A stretch of DNA of 64,000 nt from Hydrurus foetidus (taxonomy: Eukaryota). Location: assembly GCA_900617105.1 (NCBI GenBank), contig UYFQ01000723.1:62001-126000 (forward strand), read 5' to 3'. Positions 1-11,023 of this stretch are shown in pieces; position 1 is the stretch's first letter, and each line of letters begins with the position of its first letter. The notes under the pieces are model-generated. The model worked only from the letters and a program-made list of their open reading frames with translations. It ran no database searches and was not told the origin of the DNA. Position numbers and translations under genes: made by a program.

Positions 1-1443
1 CCAGATTATTCTGTAATTTATAATCACTGCGATTTGATGCTTGACTTACCTTAGCAAGATTATACTGCTGATAATTATGATTTAAAAATGCAAAAAAGTA
101 TTGGATATTGACCATTACGGAATGCAAAAATTAAAAACAGAATATTAGAATATCTTGCTGTATTGAAATTAAAGGGAGATATGAAGAGCCCAATTCTTTG
201 TTTTGTTGGTCCTCCAGGAATTGGTAAAACTTCATTAGGAAAAGTATTGCGAATGCTGTTGGAAGAAGATATTCAAGATTAAGTTTAGGTGGCTTACACG
301 ATGAAAGTGAAATTCGTGGACATCGCAAAACTTATATTGGTGCAATGCCTGGAAGAATTTTACAAAATATCAGAAAATGCAAAAGCAGCAATCCAGTAAT
401 GATTTTAGATGAGATTGATAAAATTGGTAGTGATTTTAGAGGTGATCCCTCATCAGCATTATTGGAGGTTTTAGACCCAGAGCAAAATGGCAATTTTATG
501 ATAACTATTTAGAATTAGAATACGATTTAAGTAAAGTATTATTTATCGCAACTGCAAATAATCTTCAAAATATTCAGCCAACTTTACGAGATAGATTAGA
601 GATAATTGATTTAAGTGGATACGCTGTTGAAGAAAAAATTGAAATAGCAAAAAGACATTTAATTCTAAACAACAAAGAGGCTCACGGTTTAGCAAAAGTG
701 AATTTAAAATTGGTGATTCAACTTTACAAAGCATTGAAAACTACTCAAGAGAAAGTGGTGTTCGTGAACTTGACAGGCAACTAGCTGGTTTAATGAGAAG
801 CATTGCTAAAGAATATGCAATCAAGGAAAAGTAAAGCCAACAATTACAAGTGCTGATGTAGAAGATTTTAGGTCAGGCAAGATATAACAACGAAATATAT
901 AAGATTGCAAATATGGCTGGCGTTGCAGTTGGTTTAGCTTGGACTTATGTTGGTGGCGATATTTTATTTATTGAAACAGTTTTAAGTGAAGGCAAAGGAG
1001 AGCTAAAACTTACAGGAAACAAGGCAATGTGATGAAGGAAAGTGCAACAACAGCCTTAACATATTTACAAGCCAATGCAAAAACTTGGTGTTGATCTGAA
1101 CTTTACAAAGAAGAATATTCATATTATTGTGCCAGAGGTGCAACACCTAAAGATGGGCCAAGTGCAGGTATAACAATGCTTTCAGCCCTAACATCTGCAT
1201 TTACAGGAAGAAAAATAAAGCCTTTTTTAGCTATGACTGGCGAAATTACTTTACGTGGTCAAGTGTTACCAGTTGGTGGAATTAAAGAGAAAGTATTAGC
1301 TGCAAAAGATCGGGTTTAAAAGAGATAATAATGTGTTATCAGAACCAGAAAGATGTCGATGAAATTGATAGCAACTTTATAAAAGGGATACAATTTCATT
1401 ATGTTAAACAATGCAACAAGTAATTGATTTAGCATTGGTTTAA
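1..1443 (+). CDS. lon: ATP-dependent Lon protease (5' truncated by window edge)
   Basis: Read across frameshifts: Walker [51 protein letters not shown], catalytic [20 protein letters not shown] at 1441-1443. Confidence 0.97.
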
Positions 1444-1478
1444 CAACATCATTCACTGATATGTTTTTAATAAGAATC

Positions 1479-2666
1479 TTAAACAAACTGTAAAAATCAA
1501 GCTGTTTGTTTAAGATTTTTTTATCAGCACCCAACCATTTATTTAACAATGTTGCATACACATCTTTAAAATCAACTTTGTATTTTAAGTCGCCATCTTG
1601 CAAATCAGCTAAATCAGGCAATGCATTTATCATTCCTTTTTGCTTTAATCCACCACCGATTAAAAACATATTATTTGCAGTTCGTGATCAGTTCCTCCAC
1701 TTGCATTTTGCGATACTCTTCTTCCAAATTCACTAAAACTCATTAACATCACATCATCAAATCTATTGTTTGTTTTCAAGTCTTTTACAAATGCAGTAAC
1801 TGTTCATCCATTTCTGTAAACAACTTTTGTTGTTGATATTGTTGGTTTACGTGTGTATCAAAACTACCCAAACTAACATAGTAAACTTTAGTATTAATCT
1901 CAGAAAAATAAGTGATGCAATTGTTTTTAAATTCTTGCCTAATTCACTATTAGGATATGTTGTAGCAGATGGATGCTGCTGACTTTGTAAAATATACTCT
2001 GCTGCTAATAGTATTTGCCATTGTTTTATACAGATAATCAACAGGTTTTTCGTCGTGATGATCTTGATGACTTGCACTTAAATCTTTAAAGTATTTTGCC
2101 TGACTTGTGTTATATAATTTTCTTGGATCTTTAAATGCCAAACCTTTTTCGTGTTCTCCTTTCAATGCCAAACTTAACATCGTCCAACTCCATTGCCTGT
2201 GTTGGTTTGTCGCAACCTTGACATTGAGCATCTAAATATCTGCCTAACCAACCAGTAGAAATTACCTCTTCACTTGCTGAACCACTATGCCAAATATCCA
2301 TACTTCTAAAATGGCTTCTATCTGGGTTTGGATACCCAGCACTATTGATGACAGCCATTCCTCCATCGTGAAAAATATCTGCAATACCTTTTAATGTTGG
2401 ATGAATTCCAGCATCGTCAGTCAAGCTTATAGCTGCTGTTTTTCAATACCAAGTTTCGGTCTTTCTTTATAATAAATATCGTTACGAACAGGAATGATCG
2501 TATTCAATCCATCATTGCCACCACTTAATTGCAGTACTACTAAAACTTTATTTCCGGCAGGAACAAGTTTGTTGTTACTGCCTTCAAAAACCTTTAAAAT
2601 TTAGGCATCATTAGGCTTGCACTTGCAAGTGTACTTGCGTGAATAAATGATTTACGAGATATGCAT
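1479..2666 (-). CDS. DUF1501 domain-containing protein (Tat-like N-terminus)
   Basis: LVVLQLSGGNDGLNT, GYPNPDRSHFRSMDIW, GWLGRYLD, EFGRRV, GTDHG, VDFKDVYATLL; paired with upstream DUF1800 gene; 3' end approximate. Confidence 0.88.
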
Positions 2667-2693
2667 AGTGTTTTTATTTAAAATGAAATGTAT

Positions 2694-4146
2694 TTAGCAA
2701 AGCTGATATTGGTGTACTCATTATTGCTATTGTTGCCGATTTTATATATTCTTCTCTGCTTGCTTTAACAATGTTGTTTTCAATAGTCAAGTTGCTTAAA
2801 CCAGCTGTATCAACCTGCAAAAGCCTTGTTTTTATTGCATTTAAAAGGTTATTGCGTTCTACTTTTCAAACTTTTGATGTAATCTTCCCAATTTATTGTA
2901 GCACTCATTCTGTATTTTTGCAACTTCCATTTGCATTTTTGTTATACATTTTTCTTGCATTCCCATTTGTACATCATCATCAGTTTTGTTGCAATAGCAA
3001 ATTCTTTATTGTCTTTTAACAGTCTTGGAATTTGCATTCTAAGCGATAAAGAACTGCTATCAATCCAGTTTTTCCTCACTGGCCAACCAGCAACATTTGG
3101 TGGATAAAACAATGCTTGTCCCAAAGCATTTTGAAAACTAATTGTATTTCTGGTTTATCTAACAGAACGTTTAATTGTCTTCTTATACCAACAATTAATT
3201 CAATGGGAGATTTAATTTTGCACCAATATTTTTGCATCATAAAACCAATCGCTGCTAAAATATCCTTCATTAAATCTGATATGTTATAGTTACTATTATA
3301 AAATCTTTTTACTCAGCCATTCTACTTTTTCATTGTCAATATTATCATTCACAAAATATTTATAAATTTTCTGGGTAATATATTTTGCTGTTTGTTTTTG
3401 TTCTAATAAAATATCAATACATCTTCGCCTGTAAAATTTCCAATTTTTCCAAGAATAGTTTTACTACCATCATCGTGCTGATTTTTTGAAAACAAAGCCT
3501 CCTTGATAATTGAAACCCCAACCAGTAAAAGCTCTTGCAGCTTCTTTAATATCATCCTCAGTATAATTTCTCTACCAAAGTGTAAACAATTCCATCACTT
3601 CTCTTGCAAAGTTTTCATTAGGATGTTGTTTTTATTTTGTTGATTATTTAAGAAGATAACATTGCTGCACTCTTGCTTACTTCAATCAATAAATCTTTAA
3701 AACTGCCCAATGCATTGGTTCTAATGATTTGCAATAAAATTTGGTTATGAAAAATATTCTGTTCGCGACAAACAAAATGACCGTGCCAAAAGCGACATTT
3801 TTCTCTAAAAATTGCTGGTGATGAGTTGATTTCTTCGAGCCATTTAATGTTTAGTTTTAATGTCTTGTCTGCTTTGTTTGCGAAGTTCTTGGCGTTTTTC
3901 TTGCTCAATTTTCCATTGCTTTATCAAGGCTCATCGTCATATTTGGATCAGCCATTTCATTATACATTACTTTTAATGATGGATCTGCAACATCAATAAA
4001 TACAGGTTTTTCCTCAGATTGTTCAAATAGTTTATTGAGTATTTTTTTGTTTTTGATTGTTGAGATTTCTTCCATCATATTTTCATCGATACCAAATCCT
4101 GCACGCCATAACAAATGCTGATTTTTGTTTGAAGAGATATAGGCAT
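2694..4146 (-). CDS. DUF1800 domain-containing protein
   Basis: HLLWRAGFG, FWHGHF, PNENFAREVMELFTL, YTEDDIKEAARAFTGW, KIKSPIEL, GQALFYPPNVAGW. Confidence 0.9.
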
Positions 4147-4207
4147 AATAATATTTTTACTACGACAAGATAGTTGATTTTAAGTTTAAAGATTGTTAAT
4201 TTTAGTT

Positions 4208-4242
4208 TACAAAAAAAGGCTACCTGAAAGGCAGCCTTTTGT
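4208..4242 (-). terminator. Rho-independent terminator after T9SS gene
   Basis: AAAGGCTACC-TGAA-AGGCAGCCTTT imperfect hairpin flanked by A/T runs, just downstream of the stop at 4258. Confidence 0.65.
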
Positions 4243-4257
4243 AACTTAATTAATAAC

Positions 4258-6291
4258 TTATGGTTTAACAAATTTTTGAGTAGCTAATTCGCTATTGCTT
4301 GGAAGAATTTACCTTAATTAAGTAAGTTCCTTTTGCAAGAGAAGTTGTATTAAATGAAATATTATTATCACCTTGTATAGTTTCCATTGATTTAGAGGAG
4401 ATGATTCTTCCAGCTAAATCAGTGATGCTTACAGTAACTTCTCTGCACCAATTGTATTAAGAACAATGTTTACTTTGTCTTGAACCGGGTTAGGGAATAC
4501 TCTGCTGATTTCAGCCTTAACTTGTGCAGATTTCAATACAACTAAATTAGACAATGTAGATTTACCATCATTATCAATTTGACGTAAACGGTAGTAGTTA
4601 GTACCAGCTAAAGGTTTTTCATCTGTGTAAGTATAGTTTGCACCCACACCATTATTAGATGTTGATTTTACAAAAGTGACAGCACTAAAGTCTTTGCCAT
4701 TAACACTACGTTGTAATTCAAATCCTTTGCTGTTTGTTTCGTAGCGGTTACCCAATTTAAAAATATTCTTAGAGCCTTCACGAATTCCTGTAAAACTGGT
4801 AGCTTGACTGGCAATATTACATTTATACTGATATCATCAACCCCTATTGAATTTCCAAATTCACTCAAACCTAACAATGCAACTTGCACAGTCTGACCGG
4901 CATAAGCAGATAAATCTACAGTATGTTGACCATAATCTAGAGTTGTGTAGTTTGCATCAACTCTATCAAAACCATTTAATAAATTCCAAGTAGCACCTTT
5001 ATCTGTAGAAACAGCAACAAAGATACTATCGAAAATTACTCCAGCTAGTATCATGTGGTCATATAAAACTAATAGAGGAATTAGAGCCAGATGGGAATGT
5101 AACACAATCTGAATATAAAATACCAGCAGAACCAAATGAAGCCCCATAGCCATAAAACAAGTAATATGCACTTCCTCCACGAGGAGTTATAGAATCAGAT
5201 AAATCTGCATTACCATAATTTGATGTCAGTCTGTACCAATATGAGCTTGGTTGTGTCAATCCTTGCAAATATTTAAATGCTGTAAGAGGAGCTTCAGCAC
5301 CTTCATTTAGTGGAAAAGTAGTAATCGTTGAGGTGTGTGTAGCTCCTGTTGTTATTGTATCGTTTTTAGCATTACCATCGCCAGTTAGTGTAGTAATTGC
5401 TTTGATTGTGTTAGAACCTACGTTAGTTAGTGGTATATTGTCGAATATAATTGTTTGGGTATCACCAATGCAATTGCTGCAACAGAATTTTGTAACTGTG
5501 TAAGTGTTTGCAACCCGTAACGTTTAGTTTTACTGCAACAGCACCAGCAACCAATTGAATTACTTAAACCAGTGTTTTGATTGTGACAGTTACACTTTGA
5601 TTACTAATATAGCAGCTACTTACTGGAGATGTAATATCATAAGCAGTAACGTCGGTACTTGGTAAGGAGCAAGTTGAATAGTAGGTCTAAAATTAGTTGC
5701 TGCTAGTGTTGTTGAAGCTGTGGCACTGTTGTATCTTCTAGCAGAATTGTTTGTAGATGAAGCAGAGTTACCAACAGAAGCATCAAAACAAACCCTGGAA
5801 CAGTAGCTGCATTTTGACGTAGATCAATACCTGCAAATTTGAGTTTGCAGTTCTAAAAAGGGTTGTTAAGTTAAATCCATTGAAACCAAGTGCAGTCAAA
5901 GTGTAATCTGTTGTGCCATCATAAACAAGTGTGTAACCAGTAAGACTATTAAGTACCCGATGTGAATGTTGTAGTAGATGCTGCAACATTTTTCATAAAC
6001 CTTAAATTGAGGTACAGATACCGGCAAAGTGCCAACTTGACCAACTTGATCTGTAAGGCTGTAGGCATATTATTGATTTCATTACCAGCAGTATTGAAAT
6101 TTGATGTTCCTATCTCAGCATTCAAGTAAATTGACTCAATAGCACGGTAAACATCTTGACCAATAACGATGTTTCCTAATAACCACCAATAGGTGTAGAA
6201 ACCGTTTAGAAGAAATTCTGCTGGTGAATCCAATCAGAAGAAAACCTAATAAACTAACCTTAAAAATAGAGGGTAGAATTCTTTTAATCAT
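4258..6291 (-). CDS. T9SS type A sorting domain-containing secreted protein
   Basis: C-terminal ILPVKL..NWVTATE.NSKGFELQRS.NGKDF..YYRLRQIDNDGK..VFPNPVQD..KFVKP; central beta-rich region ending GNSIGVDDI. Confidence 0.85.
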
Positions 6292-6373
6292 AATATAAAT
6301 TTTGTTATTTAAAGTGTGAAATTAAGGTGTTTTCATTTTTGTGTAAATATTTTTTAAGAGGTAATTTACATTT

Positions 6374-7394
6374 TTAATCTTCCCAAACGCTTAAACCTTT
6401 CGCTGCAATTTGCACAAATGTCTATGTTCTTTCTGCTGGTCATTAGTCTCTTCTAAACTGCTGATAATTGCTGTTATTCCAAACTTGTTTAAAGCTTTGC
6501 GTTTTAAATTCCCCAGTTGATGCATAGCATCTTATCAGCAGCAAGGTACAACCAGGCCATCCCAAGTAAGAACATTGCTACTCCATAAACGCCAACAATG
6601 ATTGTTTAAAACCACTCTTGATTTGCATTTTGCCATCCTTGTCTTTTTATAACGGCTGTACTTGTTAATGGTTGAATTAACTGATTAGGATCAGTATCAT
6701 AATCATATACCTGTGCTGTTTTAAACGCACCCGATCAACACCGATTTCTTTACCTAGTTTTTAATATCTTCTATCTGATGTTCGTTAGGTTTTACTACCA
6801 GAAACTGGAAGAAAATGAACGGTGTTTTGCTGTTTAATTCTTTCTTCCACTTAACAATATTCCTAGCTCCTTCAAGTACTTTTATCTAGCTTTGCCACCC
6901 ATAATCGATATTGTTGATAGACATCTGTGTGTGGTTCCATCAACACTAATAATCAATCTATCTAAAACCACTTTCAACGGTTTTCTGGCTTTTTCATCTG
7001 TTAAATAATGTGCATTGGTGCTGGTTGCAGTAGATTCCTTTATCGTGCATACTTTTACCATCTCCAAAAATCTGGGTGAGATATGGTTCTCCCCGAAAAT
7101 AAAATATGAGATAGAGTAGTTCTTTATGAATATCATCTATGGTTCTCGAAGAAACTCTTTGTAACATTCCTGTTGGACGAGTGAACTGAACTGAGACCAC
7201 TTGGACACTCGGGGCAACGCAAATTGCAACTGGTTGTTGGTTCAAAATGAAATTGAATTGATAGCCCCATTGAATTGGCTTTTTAGTAGTTTACTGAACT
7301 GATAACTGCTCCACACTTTTGTTACATTCACTGCACGTTTTAGCGTGAGCTTGGTTAATAAATTGATAGTATCGTTTAAATTAAAATAAGGCAC
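6374..7394 (-). CDS. Radical SAM protein with SPASM domain
   Basis: FEPTTSCNLRCPEC (CxxxCxxC), YFRGEPYL, STNAHY, ISVDG; C-terminal WDGLVVPC and CANC cysteines; GTG start inferred. Confidence 0.9.
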
Positions 7395-7530
7395 GCTGTA
7401 AAAAATATACAATGGCGGCTTATGGGCTGTGACTATTCGCCTTCGACGCGTTTAACATTACTCGTGCTACAGATGAATGGTTAGGTATGCTTATAACATT
7501 TTAACTTAGTAGAGTCATTTATGGCTCACA

Positions 7531-7640
7531 GTGGGCGTTAGGTGGGCGTTACCTGGGAGTTACTACGGCTTTACATAGCAGTAACATCGAAAGCAAAACG
7601 AAAGATGAACGAGAGATGAACGTAGGATAGAAGAAGGGTT
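7531..7640. repeat. Degenerate 11-nt-period tandem array (~10 units) in divergent intergenic region
   Basis: gtgggcgttag gtgggcgttac ctgggagttac tacggctttac atagcagtaac atcgaaagcaa aacgaaagatg aacgagagatg aacgtaggata gaagaagggtt. Confidence 0.7.
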
Positions 7641-7811
7641 ATAAATGCTTTTGGTAATTTATATTTCTTAGTTGTGTGGACTTGGATTAAGTAAATAAGT
7701 AGCAATTTCTTTGAAAAAAAAATTTCAGAATAATTATTTTGTTTTAAGCAGCGAAATCATTTGTTTCTACATCAATAGTTTACAATATTAAGTAACCAAA
7801 AACTTTTGATT

Positions 7812-10800
7812 ATGAAAAGGTAATTACCCTGCTTTTTTGTTTGTTGTATTTGCTTTTTAGTACAAAAGCACAATATGTAACGCTTGCTGATACCAGTTTT
7901 AGAAATTTTTAATTAGCAAATATCCCAATTTGTTTTAATAGTAGCAAATGGATACTACCTGCAGTGCTATTGTGAATGCTACAAAGCTGTATTGCAGTCA
8001 CGGGAGTTTAGCAGTACTGATGGTGTACAATATTTTGATGGTTTGAAAGTGCTAAACTGTAGTTATAACTTTGCTTTACATCTTTACCCAAGCTACCTAC
8101 TAATTTAGATTCGGTGTATTGTAATGATAATTACATTGACACATTAAAGACGTTGCCCAACAACCTGGAAAACTAATTTTGCAATTACCAGTATATTAAC
8201 GTGAATTTGACAATACAACAATTGCCAGTTAGTTTAAAGTTCTTGAATTGTTCTGGATAATAGTCTTGATTCTTTTACCTTCTACTCTAGCTCTTACTTT
8301 AGATTGTTCAATTTTATAATTATTAACTTATTACAAGTTTAACAACTTAACATCTTTACCAAGCTTACCTGGTACTTTTAACTTCATTTGTATTGCAGAA
8401 GCAACCAATACCATCTTACCAACCCTACCCAATGCACTAATTCAATTATATTGTTCAAATAATTTATTAACTTTCTTTACCTAGTTTACCTAGTAGCTTA
8501 TCAAGTTTAGATTGTGGATATAATCCAATTACATCATTACTATCACTACCAACTTCTTTGTCATATCTTGTAATATCTGGTTGCCAAAATTTGCCCGCAT
8601 CATTAGTAAATATTTCCAGTGGTGTGAGAACATTTTATTGTAATTATTGCAACTACACCAATTTACTCTATCCTTCCTTCGTCATTACTAACATTATCGT
8701 GCAGTAATAATCCATTATCAGTGTTACTGCTTGCCAACTAGCCTTAGCTATTTAAATATTGACAATTGCCCGAGTTTACCTTTCAAGTTTAATTGTATTA
8801 CCAGCATCTCTAAAACGTTATCTTGTCAATACAATAGTTATTCAAATTTACCTGCACTACCAAATGGTTTAGCTAGCTTATATGTAAATGGCAATTTACT
8901 AGTAAGTATTACAAATCTTCCAAATAGCATAACAGTTCTATATTGCAATAATTTAATCAGCTCTATACAAAATCTACCATCTTCTCTTCAATATTTTACT
9001 TGTGTAGGGAATACTATTTTTGAGCTGCCAAAGTTGCCAAAACGCTTGTAAGCATAGCACGCCACAATAATCCTAATTTATTTTGTTTTACCATTTCTGC
9101 TCTTCCAGTTTGAATGCACTTATTTAGATTCATCAAACATTAAATGTATCCCAAATAAAGTATCCCCACTTTGTGATATATACGATGGATATATTTACAA
9201 TAGTTTAACAGTTCCAATTTAAATCCAACAAATAATGTTCACCAATGTGTTTCTGTTCCCAACAATAACAGGAAAAAATATTTCACGATATAAATTCTAA
9301 ACAACATAAAGGATGTTGATGAAGCTCCAAAAGCTTATGGCTTAGTTATGTTATCAAATGGTGATTATACTTTTACCGATACAACTGGAGCTTATTCATT
9401 CCAAACTGATACTTTAGAACATTTTACATTACAACACTTACACCTACTTTTTATCATCCTTTCCTCTATTCAATATGTGACTGCAAATAAGTATGATACT
9501 ACTATAAAAGCTAAGCATATTAGTGCTTCAGCCCACAGCGACTGTAGATAGTATGCAAATTTTTGCAACACCAATTGATGCGAAAGCCAGACCTGGATTT
9601 GGCTATCCATACTTTGTGGGTTATGCTAATGTTGGCACTACAAAATTAACTCCTAATATCAAGCTGGATTATAACAACATTTATCTTAACTACGATTCGT
9701 GCAACAATTCATCTGTAACAAATTCAGGCAATAGTTTGAACTTGCTTTATCCTAATATGCCTGCAGAGCCCACCAGTTCTACTTAGCTTATTTCAAGGTA
9801 AAACCTACTGCTCCGCTTGGAGATACAATAAAAGCTACAGCATCTGTAACGTCTGCTACAACATCTGTCCTATATGAAACGCCTTACAGTATTATTACAG
9901 GTTCATTTGATCCTAACGATAAAGATGCAACGCCTGTGCTTACTCCAACTCGTGGTTTTGGGCAAGCCAATTAATTATACTATTCGTTTTCAAAATACTG
10001 GTAACGATACAGCTTTTAATGTTGTGCTTGTTGATACTTTGAGTAGTCTTTACAAACAAATTCTTTACAGTTAATCAGCTCTTCTCACCTTGTAAAGTGA
10101 CTGTAAAAAAGGCATTGCTTATTTTGAGTTTATAAACATAATGCTACCAGATAAAAATATAAATGAAATAAAAAGCCACGGTTTTGTAGGTTTACAGTTA
10201 AACCAAAACAAGTTTAACTGCTGGAACTTATATCTATAATAAGGCATATATCTACTTTGATTATAATGCTCCAATTATAACAAACACGTCAGTTACATTG
10301 ATTAAAGCACCTGTTATTGTGCCAGTGAGAATGATGAGTTATGAACTAAGAATGATGAATGAAAACAAGTTGCTAATCTTTGGACAACTGCTAGCAGAAA
10401 TCAACACATCGCACTTTAATATTCAAAGAAGTGTTGATGGAAATGATTTCAAAACTGTTGGGATTGTTGCAGCAAAAGGAACTGGTGACTATTCGCTTAT
10501 TGATGACATTAGGAATATTGAATCGGGAGTAAAGAAATTATATTACAGATTGGAGATAGTTGATAATGATGGCAGCAAACAATATTCTGGAATTAGAATG
10601 TGGAATTAGGGATGAAGAGTAATGGAATTAGTGTGTTTCCAAATCCTGCTAAAGATTTTGTGACTATTGCGTCGAAAGAAAATATTAAAAGCATTAGCAT
10701 TATGAATCAATTAGCACAAACCCTTACTCATCGTGTTATCAATAATAACTTCTGCAAACTAAATATTCAATCATTAAGTAAAGGTCTTTTATACAATCTC

Positions 10801-10852
10801 TGTTGTAAATTCTAAAAGGCAAATAAAAAATGAGAAACTGATTGTGCAGTAA
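7812..10852 (+). CDS. Leucine-rich-repeat T9SS type A cargo protein (LRR + DPNDK/YTIRFQNTG domain + CTD)
   Basis: Signal peptide then LPxLPxxLxxLxC repeats; GSFDPNDK, YTIRFQNTGNDTAFNVV, A.IYFDYNAPIITN; CTD VFPNPAKD..EKLIVQ. Confidence 0.88.
10322..10664 (+). repeat. ~340-bp near-identical repeat, copy 1 (C-terminal module of LRR T9SS gene)
   Basis: Hand alignment to 13656-13994 gives ~18 substitutions plus a few indels. Confidence 0.95.
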
Positions 10853-11023
10853 ATAAATTCAAACAAAAATCATACTATTATCAATTAGTATTAAATCAAA
10901 GTTATATGCAGAATTTTTAAAATAACGTTCTTATTTCCAACCTTTCACTGATATTTGGCGTAGAAGATATTGAGTAATATTTTCACGCCAATTTATTTGA
11001 TTTTTAACTGCTAATTCTATACA

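Noticed and set aside
6374..7394. RiPP cluster around the radical SAM/SPASM enzyme
   Set aside because: No precursor peptide, RRE/PqqD protein, peptidase or transporter seen nearby
7531..7640. CRISPR array
   Set aside because: Units are 11 nt, contiguous and drifting, with no constant repeat plus unique spacer structure and no cas genes
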